A DNA stretch of 64,000 nt from an uncultured SAR86 cluster bacterium. Lineage in GTDB: Bacteria; Pseudomonadota; Gammaproteobacteria; Magnimaribacterales; D2472. How positions within the stretch are numbered: the stretch's first letter is position 1; every line of letters begins with the position of its first letter. Location of the stretch: the NCBI GenBank assembly GCA_902594005.1, contig CACJKN010000001.1, forward strand, positions 111,083 to 175,082. The letters are read 5' to 3'. The notes under the pieces were generated by a model that worked only from the letters and a program-made list of their open reading frames with translations, ran no database searches and was not told where the DNA came from. Made by a program: the position numbers and the translations under genes. Below, piece by piece: positions 30,120 to 40,747 of the stretch.

Positions 30120-31205
30120 CTAAAATAAATCCAATCTTTCATATGGAAGACTGTCCCTGCCAAAATGTCCATATAGTGTAGTTTCAGTTAAATCTAGCTC
30201 GAATAAGCTAAATTTATCTATTATCCCCTTAGGGGAGAGATCCACATTTTCTTTTATCCAATTTGCAAGATCGGGTCTAACTTTTCCATCCGCATAAACA
30301 TAAACACTTGTTGGCTCAACAACACCAATAGCATAACTTAATTGCACTGTTGCATTAGAAGCTCTACCACTTGAAACAATATTTTTTGCTAGATATCTAG
30401 CCATATAAGCGCCAGATCTATCTACCTTGGTGCAATCTTTTCCTGAAAAAGCTCCACCACCATGAGGAGCATAACCTCCATATGTATCAACAATTATTTT
30501 TCTACCAGTTAAACCAGTATCTCCATCTGGCCCCCCAATAACAAACCTCCCAGTTGGATTAATAAGAAACTCGGTAGAGTTAAGATCTTCTTTTATTTCA
30601 TCTCTAATTATTTCTTCTATTTTTTTTCTAACATACTCAATATCAACATCCTCTGCATGTTGAGTGCTACAAACTATTTTTTCAATATTTTTAGGCTTAT
30701 TAATATCATTGTAGGTAAGAGTTACTTGGCTTTTGTTGTCTGGAAGGATCCATACATGATTTTTTCTTTCATCTTGAACCCGTTCTAATATTTTGTGACA
30801 TAAATAAATAGCCATTGGCATATAATTTTCGGTTTCTAAGCAAGCATATCCAAACATAAGGCCTTGATCGCCAGCACCAAAATTGTCAGTACCTAAGGCT
30901 ATATCTGGAGACTGACCATGCAGCTCATTATAGATATTTAAACGCTCATGATGGAAACCATCTTGCTCATATCCGATTTTTGCTACAACATTCCTTATTA
31001 TTTTTTCTATTTCACCTTTATCGAAATTATTGCTTTTATATTCACCAGCTATCGTAACCATATTTGTAGTCACAAGAGTCTCTATTGCAGCTCTATGAGA
31101 AATATTTTTTGATAAAAGAAAGGTAGCAACTGAATCTGAAATTAAGTCAGCGACTTTATCAGGATGACCAATGCTTACGCTTTCGCTAGTAAATTCGTAT
31201 TCCAT
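30120..31205 (-). CDS. metK: S-adenosylmethionine synthetase
   Basis: Motifs GHPDKVAD, GAGDQGLMFGYA and GGGAFSGKD. Confidence 0.95.
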   Translation of the reverse strand: MEYEFTSESVSIGHPDKVADLISDSVATFLLSKNISHRAAIETLVTTNMVTIAGEYKSNNFDKGEIEKIIRNVVAKIGYEQDGFHHERLNIYNELHGQSPDIALGTDNFGAGDQGLMFGYACLETENYMPMAIYLCHKILERVQDERKNHVWILPDNKSQVTLTYNDINKPKNIEKIVCSTQHAEDVDIEYVRKKIEEIIRDEIKEDLNSTEFLINPTGRFVIGGPDGDTGLTGRKIIVDTYGGYAPHGGGAFSGKDCTKVDRSGAYMARYLAKNIVSSGRASNATVQLSYAIGVVEPTSVYVYADGKVRPDLANWIKENVDLSPKGIIDKFSLFELDLTETTLYGHFGRDSLPYERLDLF

Positions 31206-31306
31206 AAGTTTAATTATTGAATTCTACCCTTTTGTGTTGGATGTATGTATATAAATCTAGACAAATTCATATTATTATAACGATACTTTAACTTTAAGAA
31301 TAAAAG

Positions 31307-33292
31307 TTGGACAATAAAGACTTAGCAAACGCGATAAGATTCCTTTCAATTGATGCTGTGCAAGCAGCAAAATCTGGACATCCTGGCATGCCAATGGGCA
31401 TGGCTGATATAGCCGTATCTCTTTGGAAAAATAATTTAAAGCATAACCCTTCTAATCCTAAATGGATTAATAGAGACAGGTTTGTTCTTTCAAACGGTCA
31501 TGGTTCGATGTTGCTTTATAGCCTTTTACATTTAACAGGATATGACCTTAACATCAATGATTTAAAAGACTTCAGAAAACTTAAATCAAAAACACCGGGT
31601 CATCCCGAGTATGATATCGATATTGGAGTTGAAACAACCACTGGCCCACTTGGACAAGGAATTGGGAATGCTGTAGGAATGGCTCTTGCCGAAAAGAGTC
31701 TCGCAGCAACATTTAACAAAGAAGATATAAAAATAATAGACCATTTTACTTATGCTTTTCTTGGCGATGGCTGTTTAATGGAAGGTATTTCTCATGAGGT
31801 TTGCTCTTTTGCAGGAACACACAAACTTGGAAAACTCATATGTTTTTATGATCAAAATGGAATATCTATAGATGGAGAAATTGATCTATGGTTTACCGAT
31901 AATACAAAACAAAGGTTTGAAAGCTATGGGTGGCATGTAGTTGAAATTGATGGCCATGATATAGATGAAATTAATAAAGCTACTGATGAAGCTATGCAAG
32001 AAACTGAAAGACCATCAATGATTTGCTGTAAGACAACTATTGGATTTGGCTCGCCAAATAAATCAGGAACTGCTGGAGTTCACGGAAGTCCATTAGGTGA
32101 CGACGAAATTGAAATAACCAGGAAAGAGCTTAATTGGGAGTATGCCCCTTTTGAAATACCTGAAGATATTTACGATGCCTGGAATGCAAAAGATGAGGGC
32201 GCCAAAAAAGAAAAAGCCTGGGAAGATCTAATGGAAACTTATAAACAAAAATATCCTGAGGAATCCAATGAATTGGAGAGAAGATTTAATTCAGAGATGA
32301 CTCATAAATTTAATGAAAGATTCGATGACTTTTTAAGAGATTGTTCATTACAAGAAGATCCGATCGCAACCAGAAAAGCATCTCAAATTTGTCTTGATCA
32401 TTTTTGTGCTGACTTACCTGAGCTAATTGGTGGTTCTGCCGATTTAACAGGATCTAATAATACTTTTTCTAAACATAACACTGAACTTACTCCCGACAAT
32501 CCTAGCGGATCACATATTTACTATGGCGTAAGAGAGTTCGGCATGGTTACTATCATGAATGGAATGAGTCTCCATGGTGGTATTAGGCCATATGGAGGAA
32601 CCTTCCTAGTTTTTATGGATTATGCAAGAAATGCAGTTCGCTTATCTGCAATGATGAGTCTGCCAAATATATATGTCTTTACTCATGATTCAATCGGCTT
32701 AGGTGAGGATGGTCCAACACATCAACCTATCGAACATTTGGTTACTCTCAGAGCAACGCCAAACTTATACAATTGGAGGCCAGCTGATCTTAAAGAAACA
32801 GCAGTAGCATGGAAAGAGTCAATTTTATCAAAATCTCCAAGCTGTCTTATCCTCAGCAGACAAGGTCTTCCGCAGATCAAAATGAGTGAAGACAAGATTA
32901 GTAATATCTCTAAGGGTGGATATTTAGTTCAAAATGATGAAGATGCAGAGCTAAACATTATATCCTCTGGAAGCGAACTACAATTAGCCATTCAAGCAGC
33001 TAAAGATCTTGATCAGTCGGGTATAAAGGTAAATGTGGTTTCGATGCCATGTTTAGATAGGTTTCTTGAGGCGGATTTAGAATATCAAAATAAAGTGATC
33101 CAAAAAGATTTGCCATCCATTGTGGTTGAGGCTGCCCATCCAAACTCATGGTATAAAATTTTAGGAAGAGATGACCTTGTAATTGGGATGACAACATTTG
33201 GGGAGTCTGCACCTGCAAAAATGCTCTTTGAGGAGTTCGGCTTTACAGCAGGGAATATTGTTTCAAAGGCAAAAAAACTTTTAAATAAATGA
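31307..33292 (+). CDS. tkt: Transketolase
   Basis: 661 aa with SGHPGMPMGMADIA and LGDGCLMEGISHE TPP motifs. TTG start. Confidence 0.95.
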   Translation: MDNKDLANAIRFLSIDAVQAAKSGHPGMPMGMADIAVSLWKNNLKHNPSNPKWINRDRFVLSNGHGSMLLYSLLHLTGYDLNINDLKDFRKLKSKTPGHPEYDIDIGVETTTGPLGQGIGNAVGMALAEKSLAATFNKEDIKIIDHFTYAFLGDGCLMEGISHEVCSFAGTHKLGKLICFYDQNGISIDGEIDLWFTDNTKQRFESYGWHVVEIDGHDIDEINKATDEAMQETERPSMICCKTTIGFGSPNKSGTAGVHGSPLGDDEIEITRKELNWEYAPFEIPEDIYDAWNAKDEGAKKEKAWEDLMETYKQKYPEESNELERRFNSEMTHKFNERFDDFLRDCSLQEDPIATRKASQICLDHFCADLPELIGGSADLTGSNNTFSKHNTELTPDNPSGSHIYYGVREFGMVTIMNGMSLHGGIRPYGGTFLVFMDYARNAVRLSAMMSLPNIYVFTHDSIGLGEDGPTHQPIEHLVTLRATPNLYNWRPADLKETAVAWKESILSKSPSCLILSRQGLPQIKMSEDKISNISKGGYLVQNDEDAELNIISSGSELQLAIQAAKDLDQSGIKVNVVSMPCLDRFLEADLEYQNKVIQKDLPSIVVEAAHPNSWYKILGRDDLVIGMTTFGESAPAKMLFEEFGFTAGNIVSKAKKLLNK

Positions 33293-34425
33293 GATTACTA
33301 AAAGACCAAGATCTTAGTAATAAGAATGTGGTTGTGAGATTAGATTTAAATGTTCCCATTCAAGACAAGCAAATTATAGATTCAACCAGAATCATTTCTT
33401 CAGTACCTACAATAAAATATCTCGTAAATAAAAATTGTAAAGTCCTTTTAACATCACATCTTGGCAGACCTGAGGAAGGAAAGTTTGATGAAGATTTATC
33501 AATGTCTCCGGTCGCTAAAAAATTATCTGAAATCTTAAATCATGAGATTGATCTTATTGATTCCCTAGACAGTGGCGATATTTTTAATACAACTCAAATA
33601 CAACTATTAGAAAATTTAAGATTTCTTATCGGTGAAAAAGACAATAATGAAAAGTTAGGTAATCAGCTAGCAAATAAAGGAGATGTTTATATATTTGATG
33701 CCTTTGGGACTGCTCACCGTAAACAGGCTTCCACACACTCAGCTATTCAACAAGCAAAGTTTTCATGTGCTGGACTTCTCTTAGAGAAAGAGATTAATTC
33801 ACTTAATAAAGCTTTAACCTCTATTGAAAACCCATTCACTGCTGTAATCGCAGGTTCAAAGATTTCAACAAAGCTTGAACTTATAGCTCATTTAAACTCA
33901 AAAGCAGATTTCATTGTTGTTGGCGGCGGGATTGCTAACACCTTTCTGAAATCTCAGGGCTTCGATGTCGGAGAATCTTTGGTTGAAAATGACATGATTG
34001 AAATTGCTAAAGAGCTTTTTAATTCCGACAAAATAATATTACCTAATAAAGTCATTGTTGCTGATTCAATTGATAGCAATTCCTCAACTACTAAAAATAT
34101 AGATTCTGTTAGTGGCTCGGATAAGATTTTTGACATTAATTTAACTAGCAATATGTCGGAAATCCTTAAGAACTCAAAAACTATTTTATGGAATGGACCA
34201 ATAGGAGTTTTTGAAAAAGAGCCTTTTCAGAAAGGCACACATCAATTAGCTAAAACTATTGCAGGGTCTAAGGCTTTTTCACTTGCTGGAGGTGGAGAAA
34301 CTATAGCTGCTATAAATAAATTTATTAATAAAGATGAGGTATCATACTGTTCAACAGGTGGAGGAGCTTTTTTAGAATATATGGAAGGTAAATTACTCCC
34401 ATCAATTGAGGCTTTAGGAGGCTAA
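33289..34425 (+). CDS. pgk: Phosphoglycerate kinase
   Basis: RLDLNVP, SHLGRP and STGGGAFLE motifs. ATGA overlap with tkt. Confidence 0.94.
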   Translation: MRLLKDQDLSNKNVVVRLDLNVPIQDKQIIDSTRIISSVPTIKYLVNKNCKVLLTSHLGRPEEGKFDEDLSMSPVAKKLSEILNHEIDLIDSLDSGDIFNTTQIQLLENLRFLIGEKDNNEKLGNQLANKGDVYIFDAFGTAHRKQASTHSAIQQAKFSCAGLLLEKEINSLNKALTSIENPFTAVIAGSKISTKLELIAHLNSKADFIVVGGGIANTFLKSQGFDVGESLVENDMIEIAKELFNSDKIILPNKVIVADSIDSNSSTTKNIDSVSGSDKIFDINLTSNMSEILKNSKTILWNGPIGVFEKEPFQKGTHQLAKTIAGSKAFSLAGGGETIAAINKFINKDEVSYCSTGGGAFLEYMEGKLLPSIEALGG

Positions 34426-34427
34426 AA

Positions 34428-35432
34428 ATGTCATTAGAAGAAATTGCGAATTATATAGTTTCAGACGGTAAAGGAATTCTTGCCGCAGATGAAAGTAATC
34501 CAACATGCGGCAAAAGATTTAATTCTATTGAAGTAGAAAATTCTGAGAATAATAGAAGAGATTATAGAGAGATGCTTTTTAGATCAAAAGGTATGAAAGG
34601 TAATATTGGTGGAGTAATTTTATTTGATGAAACTCTGAGGCAGGATGCCAAAGATGGCACTTCCCTTAAAGAATTAATCATTAATTCGGGCGCCCTTCCC
34701 GGCATTAAGGTTGATAAGGGCTTAGTACCTCTGGTTGATGGATCAGATGAAGTAGTGACTCAAGGATTGGATGGGCTCGATGAAAGATGTTCCGAATATG
34801 ATTCTTTAGGAGCAAAATTTACAAAGTGGCGTGCAGTAATAAAAATCGGAGATAGCATGCCATCTGATGATTGTATTAATGCAAATGCAAAAGCATTAGC
34901 AGATTATGCTGCAATTGCTCAATCTAATAATATGGTGCCAATAGTTGAACCTGAAGTTTTAATGGATGGCGACCACTCAATTGATCTTTCTTTTGATGCT
35001 TGCGCAAGATCTTTTCAAGCTTTATTTGATGCTCTAGAAAATAATGGTGTAAACATAAAAGGGACCATATTAAAACCAAGCATGGTTACTCCAGGCTCGC
35101 TATCTGAAAAAGTAGCAATCAGAGAAGTGGCTGAAATGACAGTAAGGTGCCTCAAAGAGAATATTCCTTCAGACCTTCCCGGAGTTGCTTTTTTATCAGG
35201 AGGGCAAACAGAGCTTGAGGCGACAGCTCATTTAAATGAAATGAATAAAATAGGTGAGTTTCCATGGAAACTTAGCTTTTCATATGGGCGAGCCCTTCAG
35301 CAAAGTGCTCTGAAATCCTGGTCAGGACAAAGCGAAAATATCTTCATAGCTCAAGATGAGCTATCTCACAGGGCTGAAATGAATAAACTAGCAGCACTTG
35401 GACAATGGGATATCAAACTTGAAGATAGATAA
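34428..35432 (+). CDS. fba: Fructose-bisphosphate aldolase, class I
   Basis: ILAADESNPTCGKRF and LKPSMV (Schiff-base Lys) pattern of eukaryote-type class I aldolases. Confidence 0.88.
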   Translation: MSLEEIANYIVSDGKGILAADESNPTCGKRFNSIEVENSENNRRDYREMLFRSKGMKGNIGGVILFDETLRQDAKDGTSLKELIINSGALPGIKVDKGLVPLVDGSDEVVTQGLDGLDERCSEYDSLGAKFTKWRAVIKIGDSMPSDDCINANAKALADYAAIAQSNNMVPIVEPEVLMDGDHSIDLSFDACARSFQALFDALENNGVNIKGTILKPSMVTPGSLSEKVAIREVAEMTVRCLKENIPSDLPGVAFLSGGQTELEATAHLNEMNKIGEFPWKLSFSYGRALQQSALKSWSGQSENIFIAQDELSHRAEMNKLAALGQWDIKLEDR

Positions 35433-35435
35433 CGA

Positions 35436-35873
35436 GTGATTGCTACCGTCCAAAGAGTTTCAGAAGCAAAAGTTGAGATAAACAACAGCATCTATTCTGA
35501 AATTGGAGAAGGAGTATTAATACTTTTGTGTGTTGAAAGAGATGATGACTCTAAGCAAGCAATAAAAATGTCAGATAAAATATTGAATTTTTGCATTTTA
35601 GAGGGAGATAGCGGCATAATGTCTGCTAGTTTGAGGGAGTTAGAAGAAGATGTGATGATAATAAGTCAATTTACCCTTGCTGCAATTACAAATAAAGGCA
35701 ACAAACCAAGCTTTCACAAAGCAGCCAAACCAAGCAAAGCAAAAGAAATATATGATCAATTTGTTCAGATCTTTAAGGACTCATCTTTAAATGTTCAAAC
35801 TGGTAAGTTTGGTGAGATAATGAATATAACCTTAACAAATAAAGGCCCAATAACTTTTAATTTTAGGACGTAA
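35436..35873 (+). CDS. dtd: D-aminoacyl-tRNA deacylase
   Basis: 145 aa with the MIATVQRV start, SQFTLAA and the NKGNKPSF motif. GTG start. Confidence 0.88.
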   Translation: MIATVQRVSEAKVEINNSIYSEIGEGVLILLCVERDDDSKQAIKMSDKILNFCILEGDSGIMSASLRELEEDVMIISQFTLAAITNKGNKPSFHKAAKPSKAKEIYDQFVQIFKDSSLNVQTGKFGEIMNITLTNKGPITFNFRT

Positions 35874-35875
35874 AA

Positions 35876-36460
35876 ATGGTTAAAAATATTTCAATTTTTT
35901 GTGGAGCACATGAGGGTACAAATCCTAACTATGCATTGGAGGCAAAAAAGATAACGGCGTTACTTTCAAAAAAAGGAGTAGATGTTGTTTTTGGTGGAGG
36001 CAATGTTGGCATTATGAAAATTATCTCTGATGAGGCAAAGGATAATAATTCAAAAGTCACCGGCATAACCATGGAATCTCTTCATAACCTTGAGCTTACA
36101 AATCCAAGAATTGATGACTTAGTAGTTACTCATTCACTACTAGAAAGAAAGGATGAATTTATGAAAAGATCTGATGCTTTTCTCGTCCTTCCAGGAGGAG
36201 TTGGTTCACTAGATGAGCTAGCAGAAATTTTAGCAAGCAACCAGCTAGGCATAATTAACAAACCAGTCGGGCTATTAAATACAGATGGATATTATGACCA
36301 TCTAATTGCGTGGTTTGAAAAAGCTGTTAACGAGGGTTTTATAACTCAGGCAAATCTTGATGAATTAATCATTACTGATAATTGTGAAGAAATGGTTGAG
36401 AGAATACTCGAAGAAAAAAGTGAATCCTCAAAAGATTGGAAAGGCAGATTAGGTCTTTAA
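35876..36460 (+). CDS. LOG-family nucleotide phosphoribohydrolase (TIGR00730-type)
   Basis: GGGNVGIM and PGGVGSLDE motifs. Confidence 0.82.
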   Translation: MVKNISIFCGAHEGTNPNYALEAKKITALLSKKGVDVVFGGGNVGIMKIISDEAKDNNSKVTGITMESLHNLELTNPRIDDLVVTHSLLERKDEFMKRSDAFLVLPGGVGSLDELAEILASNQLGIINKPVGLLNTDGYYDHLIAWFEKAVNEGFITQANLDELIITDNCEEMVERILEEKSESSKDWKGRLGL

Positions 36461-37173
36461 TCTTTATCCTTAGAAATAAGAATACCGAGCTCAAATAACA
36501 TCCACATAGGCAACGCTAAAAAAACTTGAGATAAGATATCGGGCGGCGTTAGAAACATACCAATGATAAAAAATAAGATTATGAAATACGGCCTAGATTT
36601 TCTTAAAGTTTTTTTTGTAAATATACCAAGCCTTACTGAAATAATTGTAAAGATCGGAACCTGAAAAGCGATACCAAAACCAATAATTATTTTGATAGCA
36701 AAATTAAAAAACTGGCTTATGTCCGTCATTATCTTTACAGATTCAGGAGCTGTGTTTATAAAGAAATTTATCAGGACTGGAACAACAATATAAAACGCAA
36801 AGATAGCTCCTAAATAAAAGAGTATAAAAGAGCTTATTGCAAAAGGAAGCATCACCTTTTTTTCACCATCTAGAAGGCCAGGCTTTGCAAATGACCATAT
36901 CTGATAAATGATGTAAGGTATTGATATAAGGATACTTATTGATAATATTAATTTAATTGGAACAATAAATGGTGACCCTACACCAATGGCAATTAAATCA
37001 GAAGATTCGGGCAAAGATTCTATGAGAGGTTTTGAGAATAAGACATAAATATCATCAGCGAACGGGAACATGAAAACTAATAAAACCAAGCAGAAAATTA
37101 GAGCCTTGATTAAGCGATTACGAAGTTCAGATAAATGACCGATTAGATTATTTTCCTCCATCATTATCCTCAC
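36457..37173 (-). CDS. tatC: Twin-arginine translocase subunit TatC
   Basis: Six-TM protein with the N-terminal HLSELRNRLIK motif. The true start is probably one of the ATGs at 37164/37161. It overlaps the tatB end. Confidence 0.92.
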   Translation of the reverse strand: MRIMMEENNLIGHLSELRNRLIKALIFCLVLLVFMFPFADDIYVLFSKPLIESLPESSDLIAIGVGSPFIVPIKLILSISILISIPYIIYQIWSFAKPGLLDGEKKVMLPFAISSFILFYLGAIFAFYIVVPVLINFFINTAPESVKIMTDISQFFNFAIKIIIGFGIAFQVPIFTIISVRLGIFTKKTLRKSRPYFIILFFIIGMFLTPPDILSQVFLALPMWMLFELGILISKDKD

Positions 37174-37402
37174 TTTCCTCTAGTTCAAGTTCTTGTAATT
37201 TCATATCATTAAAAATATCTTTTTTGATTTCTTCTGTCCCAATTTCATTATTTATTTCATTAGAAATCTTTTCATATTGGGATCTAAGTTTTGACCAAAT
37301 TTGAATAAAGAACTTTGTAACCTCAGGTAATCTTTTTGGCCCTACAAGCAAGAGCGTCAGAACAAGTAGTGTTAATAATTCAGGGAAGCCTATTTGAAAC
37401 AA
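37148..37402 (-). CDS. tatB: Twin-arginine translocase subunit TatB
   Basis: MFQIGFPELLTLLVLTLLLVGPKRLP TatA/B-type N-terminus and an acidic tail. Located between tatA and tatC. Confidence 0.85.
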   Translation of the reverse strand: MFQIGFPELLTLLVLTLLLVGPKRLPEVTKFFIQIWSKLRSQYEKISNEINNEIGTEEIKKDIFNDMKLQELELEESEDNDGGK

Positions 37403-37413
37403 GTTGCGATTAA

Positions 37414-37578
37414 TTAATTATTATTTTGTTGATCGTCTTCACTATCATCTTTCATGGATTTCTTAAAACCTTTTAACCCAGCACCAAGATCGGAACCCAA
37501 AGTTCGGATTTTTTTGCTACCAAAAAGCAGCAAGGCAATTGCAAGAATTAAAAGTATTTCCCATGGACCTGAAAACAT
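37414..37578 (-). CDS. tatA: Twin-arginine translocase subunit TatA (54 aa)
   Basis: Not in the ORF track (<60 aa). Reverse translation gives [54 protein letters not shown], with the canonical TatA helix-hinge (FG) and amphipathic helix. Confidence 0.9.
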   Translation of the reverse strand: MFSGPWEILLILAIALLLFGSKKIRTLGSDLGAGLKGFKKSMKDDSEDDQQNNN

Positions 37579-37613
37579 ACTTTTATCTTAACCTTTTTGA
37601 AAATAAATATAAA

Positions 37614-39110
37614 TCAATTTAAGTACAAGAAAAACATTGTTACTCCTAATAAGCCAATCAAGAAGTATGAAATGTTTTTCAATTTTTTAATTCTTTTATC
37701 TAACTCAACCATGAGGTCATTGTTTCTATTAGATGAAATATTAATATTTCTGATTTCATCAATAATTTCAAAAAACATTCCCGGCGTATCTTTGATGCTT
37801 TCCAAGATCTCTTCTTTATTTTCAAAGATGTAGTTTTTGAGTTTTGTAGGATTAAATTGTTCACTTATCCAGTTTTCTAAATACGGTTCAGCTAAACCCC
37901 AGAAATCTAAAGCAGGATAAATTTGCCTACCCATTCCTTCGATATGAATTAAGGTTTTTTGTAACAAAACTAAAGATGGCTGAATAGATAAACCATACTC
38001 TCTAGTACTTTCAAATAAATATAGTAAAAGTTTGCCAAATTCTATTTCAGACAGTGGCTTTTCAAGAATTGGCTCACAACAAGCTCTCAATGTATTTTCC
38101 AAATCACTAATATTTGAATTTTTGTCTACCCAACCTGCATTTATGAAGAGCTTTGCAAGAGAATGATACTGTTCCTTGATAACGGCTTGAAGCATTCTAG
38201 CAAGCGTATACCTTTCTTCATTCGTTAATGAGCCACAAATAGCGCAATCTACTGCTACATAACCAGCATTTTCAGTATTTCTCTTATCTACAAATATATT
38301 TCCTGGATGCATATCTGCATGAAAGAAATTGTCTCTGAAGACCTGGTCTAAGAAGATTTGGACACCATTTTCAGCCAATTTCTTCTTATCTACCCCTGCT
38401 GCATCAATTTTATCTATATCAGTACAAGGAATTCCTTCAATTTCCTCTAAAACAAGCATCTTAGAGGTAGACAAATCCCAATAAACTTCAGGAATATATA
38501 GTATTTTTGAACCACTAAAGTTTTTTCGAGTAAGGTTTGTGTTTGAAGCCTCTAATTTTAAGTCCAGCTCTTTAATAATAGTCTTCTCATAATCTCTCAC
38601 AACTTCAAGCGGCTTAAGCCTTTCTGAATCTTTAAAAGTTATTGAAAAGATAGAGGCAAAAGACTTTAAGAGACTCACATTTCTTTCGACTTCTCGTTTT
38701 ATACCTGGCCTCAATATTTTTATAACTACCTTCTTTGAATTATCTTTAAGCGTTGCCTTATGAACTTGAGCAAGAGAAGCAGCCGCAAAAGGAGATTCGT
38801 CAAAATCTTGAAAGAAATCTTCAATTGGGCCACCAAGCTCAGATTCGATGATCTTTCTCGACTTGTCGCTACTAAAAGGCTTACATTGATCAGTTAATTT
38901 TTGAAGCTCTTTGGCTAAATTAATAGATAAAAGATCCGTTCTGGTAGATAAAAGTTGACCAAACTTTATGAACATAGGACCCATTGATTCAAGGCTTAGT
39001 CTGAGTTTGCGACCAAATTTTTCTGAGTCTTTATCTAAAAAAATTAAGTTGAACCATAGGACTCTTGAAATTATCTTCAGCCCTCCCAAAAAAAGATTGA
39101 TGATAGTCAT
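37614..39110 (-). CDS. ubiB: Ubiquinone biosynthesis atypical kinase UbiB
   Basis: 498 aa of the ABC1/UbiB family (AAASLAQVHKA, HADMHPGNIF) with C-terminal TM helices. ubiE-ubiB-tatABC order. Confidence 0.92.
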   Translation of the reverse strand: MTIINLFLGGLKIISRVLWFNLIFLDKDSEKFGRKLRLSLESMGPMFIKFGQLLSTRTDLLSINLAKELQKLTDQCKPFSSDKSRKIIESELGGPIEDFFQDFDESPFAAASLAQVHKATLKDNSKKVVIKILRPGIKREVERNVSLLKSFASIFSITFKDSERLKPLEVVRDYEKTIIKELDLKLEASNTNLTRKNFSGSKILYIPEVYWDLSTSKMLVLEEIEGIPCTDIDKIDAAGVDKKKLAENGVQIFLDQVFRDNFFHADMHPGNIFVDKRNTENAGYVAVDCAICGSLTNEERYTLARMLQAVIKEQYHSLAKLFINAGWVDKNSNISDLENTLRACCEPILEKPLSEIEFGKLLLYLFESTREYGLSIQPSLVLLQKTLIHIEGMGRQIYPALDFWGLAEPYLENWISEQFNPTKLKNYIFENKEEILESIKDTPGMFFEIIDEIRNINISSNRNNDLMVELDKRIKKLKNISYFLIGLLGVTMFFLYLN

Positions 39111-39851
39111 TTAATTCTTTTCTGCAACATGAATGGCAACTATTCCATTAAGCAAGTTATAAAATTTACAATCTGTAAAGCCAGCTTTAAGTATTTTCTC
39201 TTTTAATTTTTCCTGATCAGGATGCATTCTAATTGATTCAGCTAGATATCTATAACTATCAGAATCATTAGCAAATATGCTTCCCATAACCGGCATTACA
39301 TTGAAAGAATACCAATCATATATTTTACTGAAGGCAGCATTCTGAGGCTTAGAGAACTCTAGGATTATCAACTTTCCATTATTGGCAAGACATCTATACA
39401 TTTCTGATAAACCCTTTTCTTTATCAGTAAAGTTCCTTAATCCAAAGGCAATTGTTGTAGTGTCAAAATACTCATCACCAAAAGGGAGTAGTTCGCCGTT
39501 TAGCTGACAAAAGGAAGTATTTTTGAAAAAGTTTTCATCAACTGATCTCTTCTTTCCATAAACTAGCATCTCTGCATTTATATCAGCTACTGTGATTTCT
39601 GCATCTGGAAAGTTAAGATGAATTTCTTTTGCAATATCAGCAGTTCCTCCCGCAAGATCAAGAACTTTACTATCAGGCTTAACCCCTGCAAGTTCAATCA
39701 TTATTTTTTTCCAAAATCTATGAAGTCCAAATGACATGACATCATTCATAAGATCATAATTTTCTGCAACAGAAGTAAAAACCGAGTTTACTTTTTCTTG
39801 TTTTTCCTCCATAGAAACCTTTTCAAAACCGAAGTGGGTGTCTTTATTCAT
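39111..39851 (-). CDS. ubiE: Demethylmenaquinone/ubiquinone C-methyltransferase
   Basis: SAM motif VLDLAGGTADIA and FGLRNFTDK. It abuts ubiB directly. Confidence 0.93.
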   Translation of the reverse strand: MNKDTHFGFEKVSMEEKQEKVNSVFTSVAENYDLMNDVMSFGLHRFWKKIMIELAGVKPDSKVLDLAGGTADIAKEIHLNFPDAEITVADINAEMLVYGKKRSVDENFFKNTSFCQLNGELLPFGDEYFDTTTIAFGLRNFTDKEKGLSEMYRCLANNGKLIILEFSKPQNAAFSKIYDWYSFNVMPVMGSIFANDSDSYRYLAESIRMHPDQEKLKEKILKAGFTDCKFYNLLNGIVAIHVAEKN

Positions 39852-40707
39852 TATTTGTAAAACTTATATAATTATTGTATCTGCTTTCTGCAATATTGCC
39901 TTTTGATACTTGATCAATAACGTTGCAGCCAACACCATTTATATGATTACAATTTTTGAACTTACAAGACAATGCAGCTTCTCTAATTTCAAAAAACCCT
40001 TTTAAGACTTCATCTGGACTAAATTTCTCAATTTCTATGTCTCTGACACCAGGAGAATCTATGATTTCTATTTTATCTTTAACATATAAGGAAGATACCG
40101 AAGTGGTATGAACACCCTTAGACTTATTAAGTTCTTTAGTTTTTAAATTAATACCAAGCAACTTTGAAGAGATTGTTGATTTGCCTGAGCCAGATTTCCC
40201 AACAAAAATAGTAGTTTTATTTTCAAGAAATCTTCCAATATCAGACAACCCTTCTCCTGATTTGCCTGAAACTTTAAACATCTTAATCCCAAGACTCTCA
40301 TAAATATTGCAAGCTTCTTTAAATTCCTCATCGCCGGTTAAATCTATTTTGTTTACAACTATTAATGGATCTATTCCTGCAGCAGCAGAGAGAACCAACC
40401 ACTTATCAATAAATATTTTTGGAGTAAGTGGTACAGGTGATAACAAGATAGCAATATTTGTAACATTAGCTGCAAAAACTTTCTTTTTACCTCTATGGAA
40501 TCTTTTCAGTGATGTTTTTCTTTGAACTTTATTTAAGATCTTTCCTTTTACTTCTAAGCTATCTTGGAGAGGAACTATTTCAACGAAATCACCAACGACA
40601 ATATCTTGATCTTTGGGTGTCTTGCAGGGGATTTTAAATTCTCTTATCTCTACAAGGCATGAGTTTGAGTAAAACTCAACCACTCTGCCAATTTGAACTT
40701 TTTCCAT
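39844..40707 (-). CDS. rsgA: Ribosome small-subunit biogenesis GTPase RsgA
   Basis: The start is moved to the ATG at 40707 (MEKVQIGRVVEF...). NKIDL, GKSGSGKST and the C-terminal Zn motif CKFKNCNH...GC are present. The longer track ORF would overlap divergent orn. Confidence 0.88.
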   Translation of the reverse strand: MEKVQIGRVVEFYSNSCLVEIREFKIPCKTPKDQDIVVGDFVEIVPLQDSLEVKGKILNKVQRKTSLKRFHRGKKKVFAANVTNIAILLSPVPLTPKIFIDKWLVLSAAAGIDPLIVVNKIDLTGDEEFKEACNIYESLGIKMFKVSGKSGEGLSDIGRFLENKTTIFVGKSGSGKSTISSKLLGINLKTKELNKSKGVHTTSVSSLYVKDKIEIIDSPGVRDIEIEKFSPDEVLKGFFEIREAALSCKFKNCNHINGVGCNVIDQVSKGNIAESRYNNYISFTNNE

Positions 40708-40747
40708 ATAGAGCACAAAATACACTATTAAGAGAGTTTTACAAAAA

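Noticed and set aside
31206-31306. Looked for a SAM riboswitch in the metK/tkt divergent spacer, upstream of metK-ahcY.
   Set aside because: The spacer is only 101 nt and almost entirely A/T. I could not find any conserved SAM-I/II/V helices or pseudoknot.
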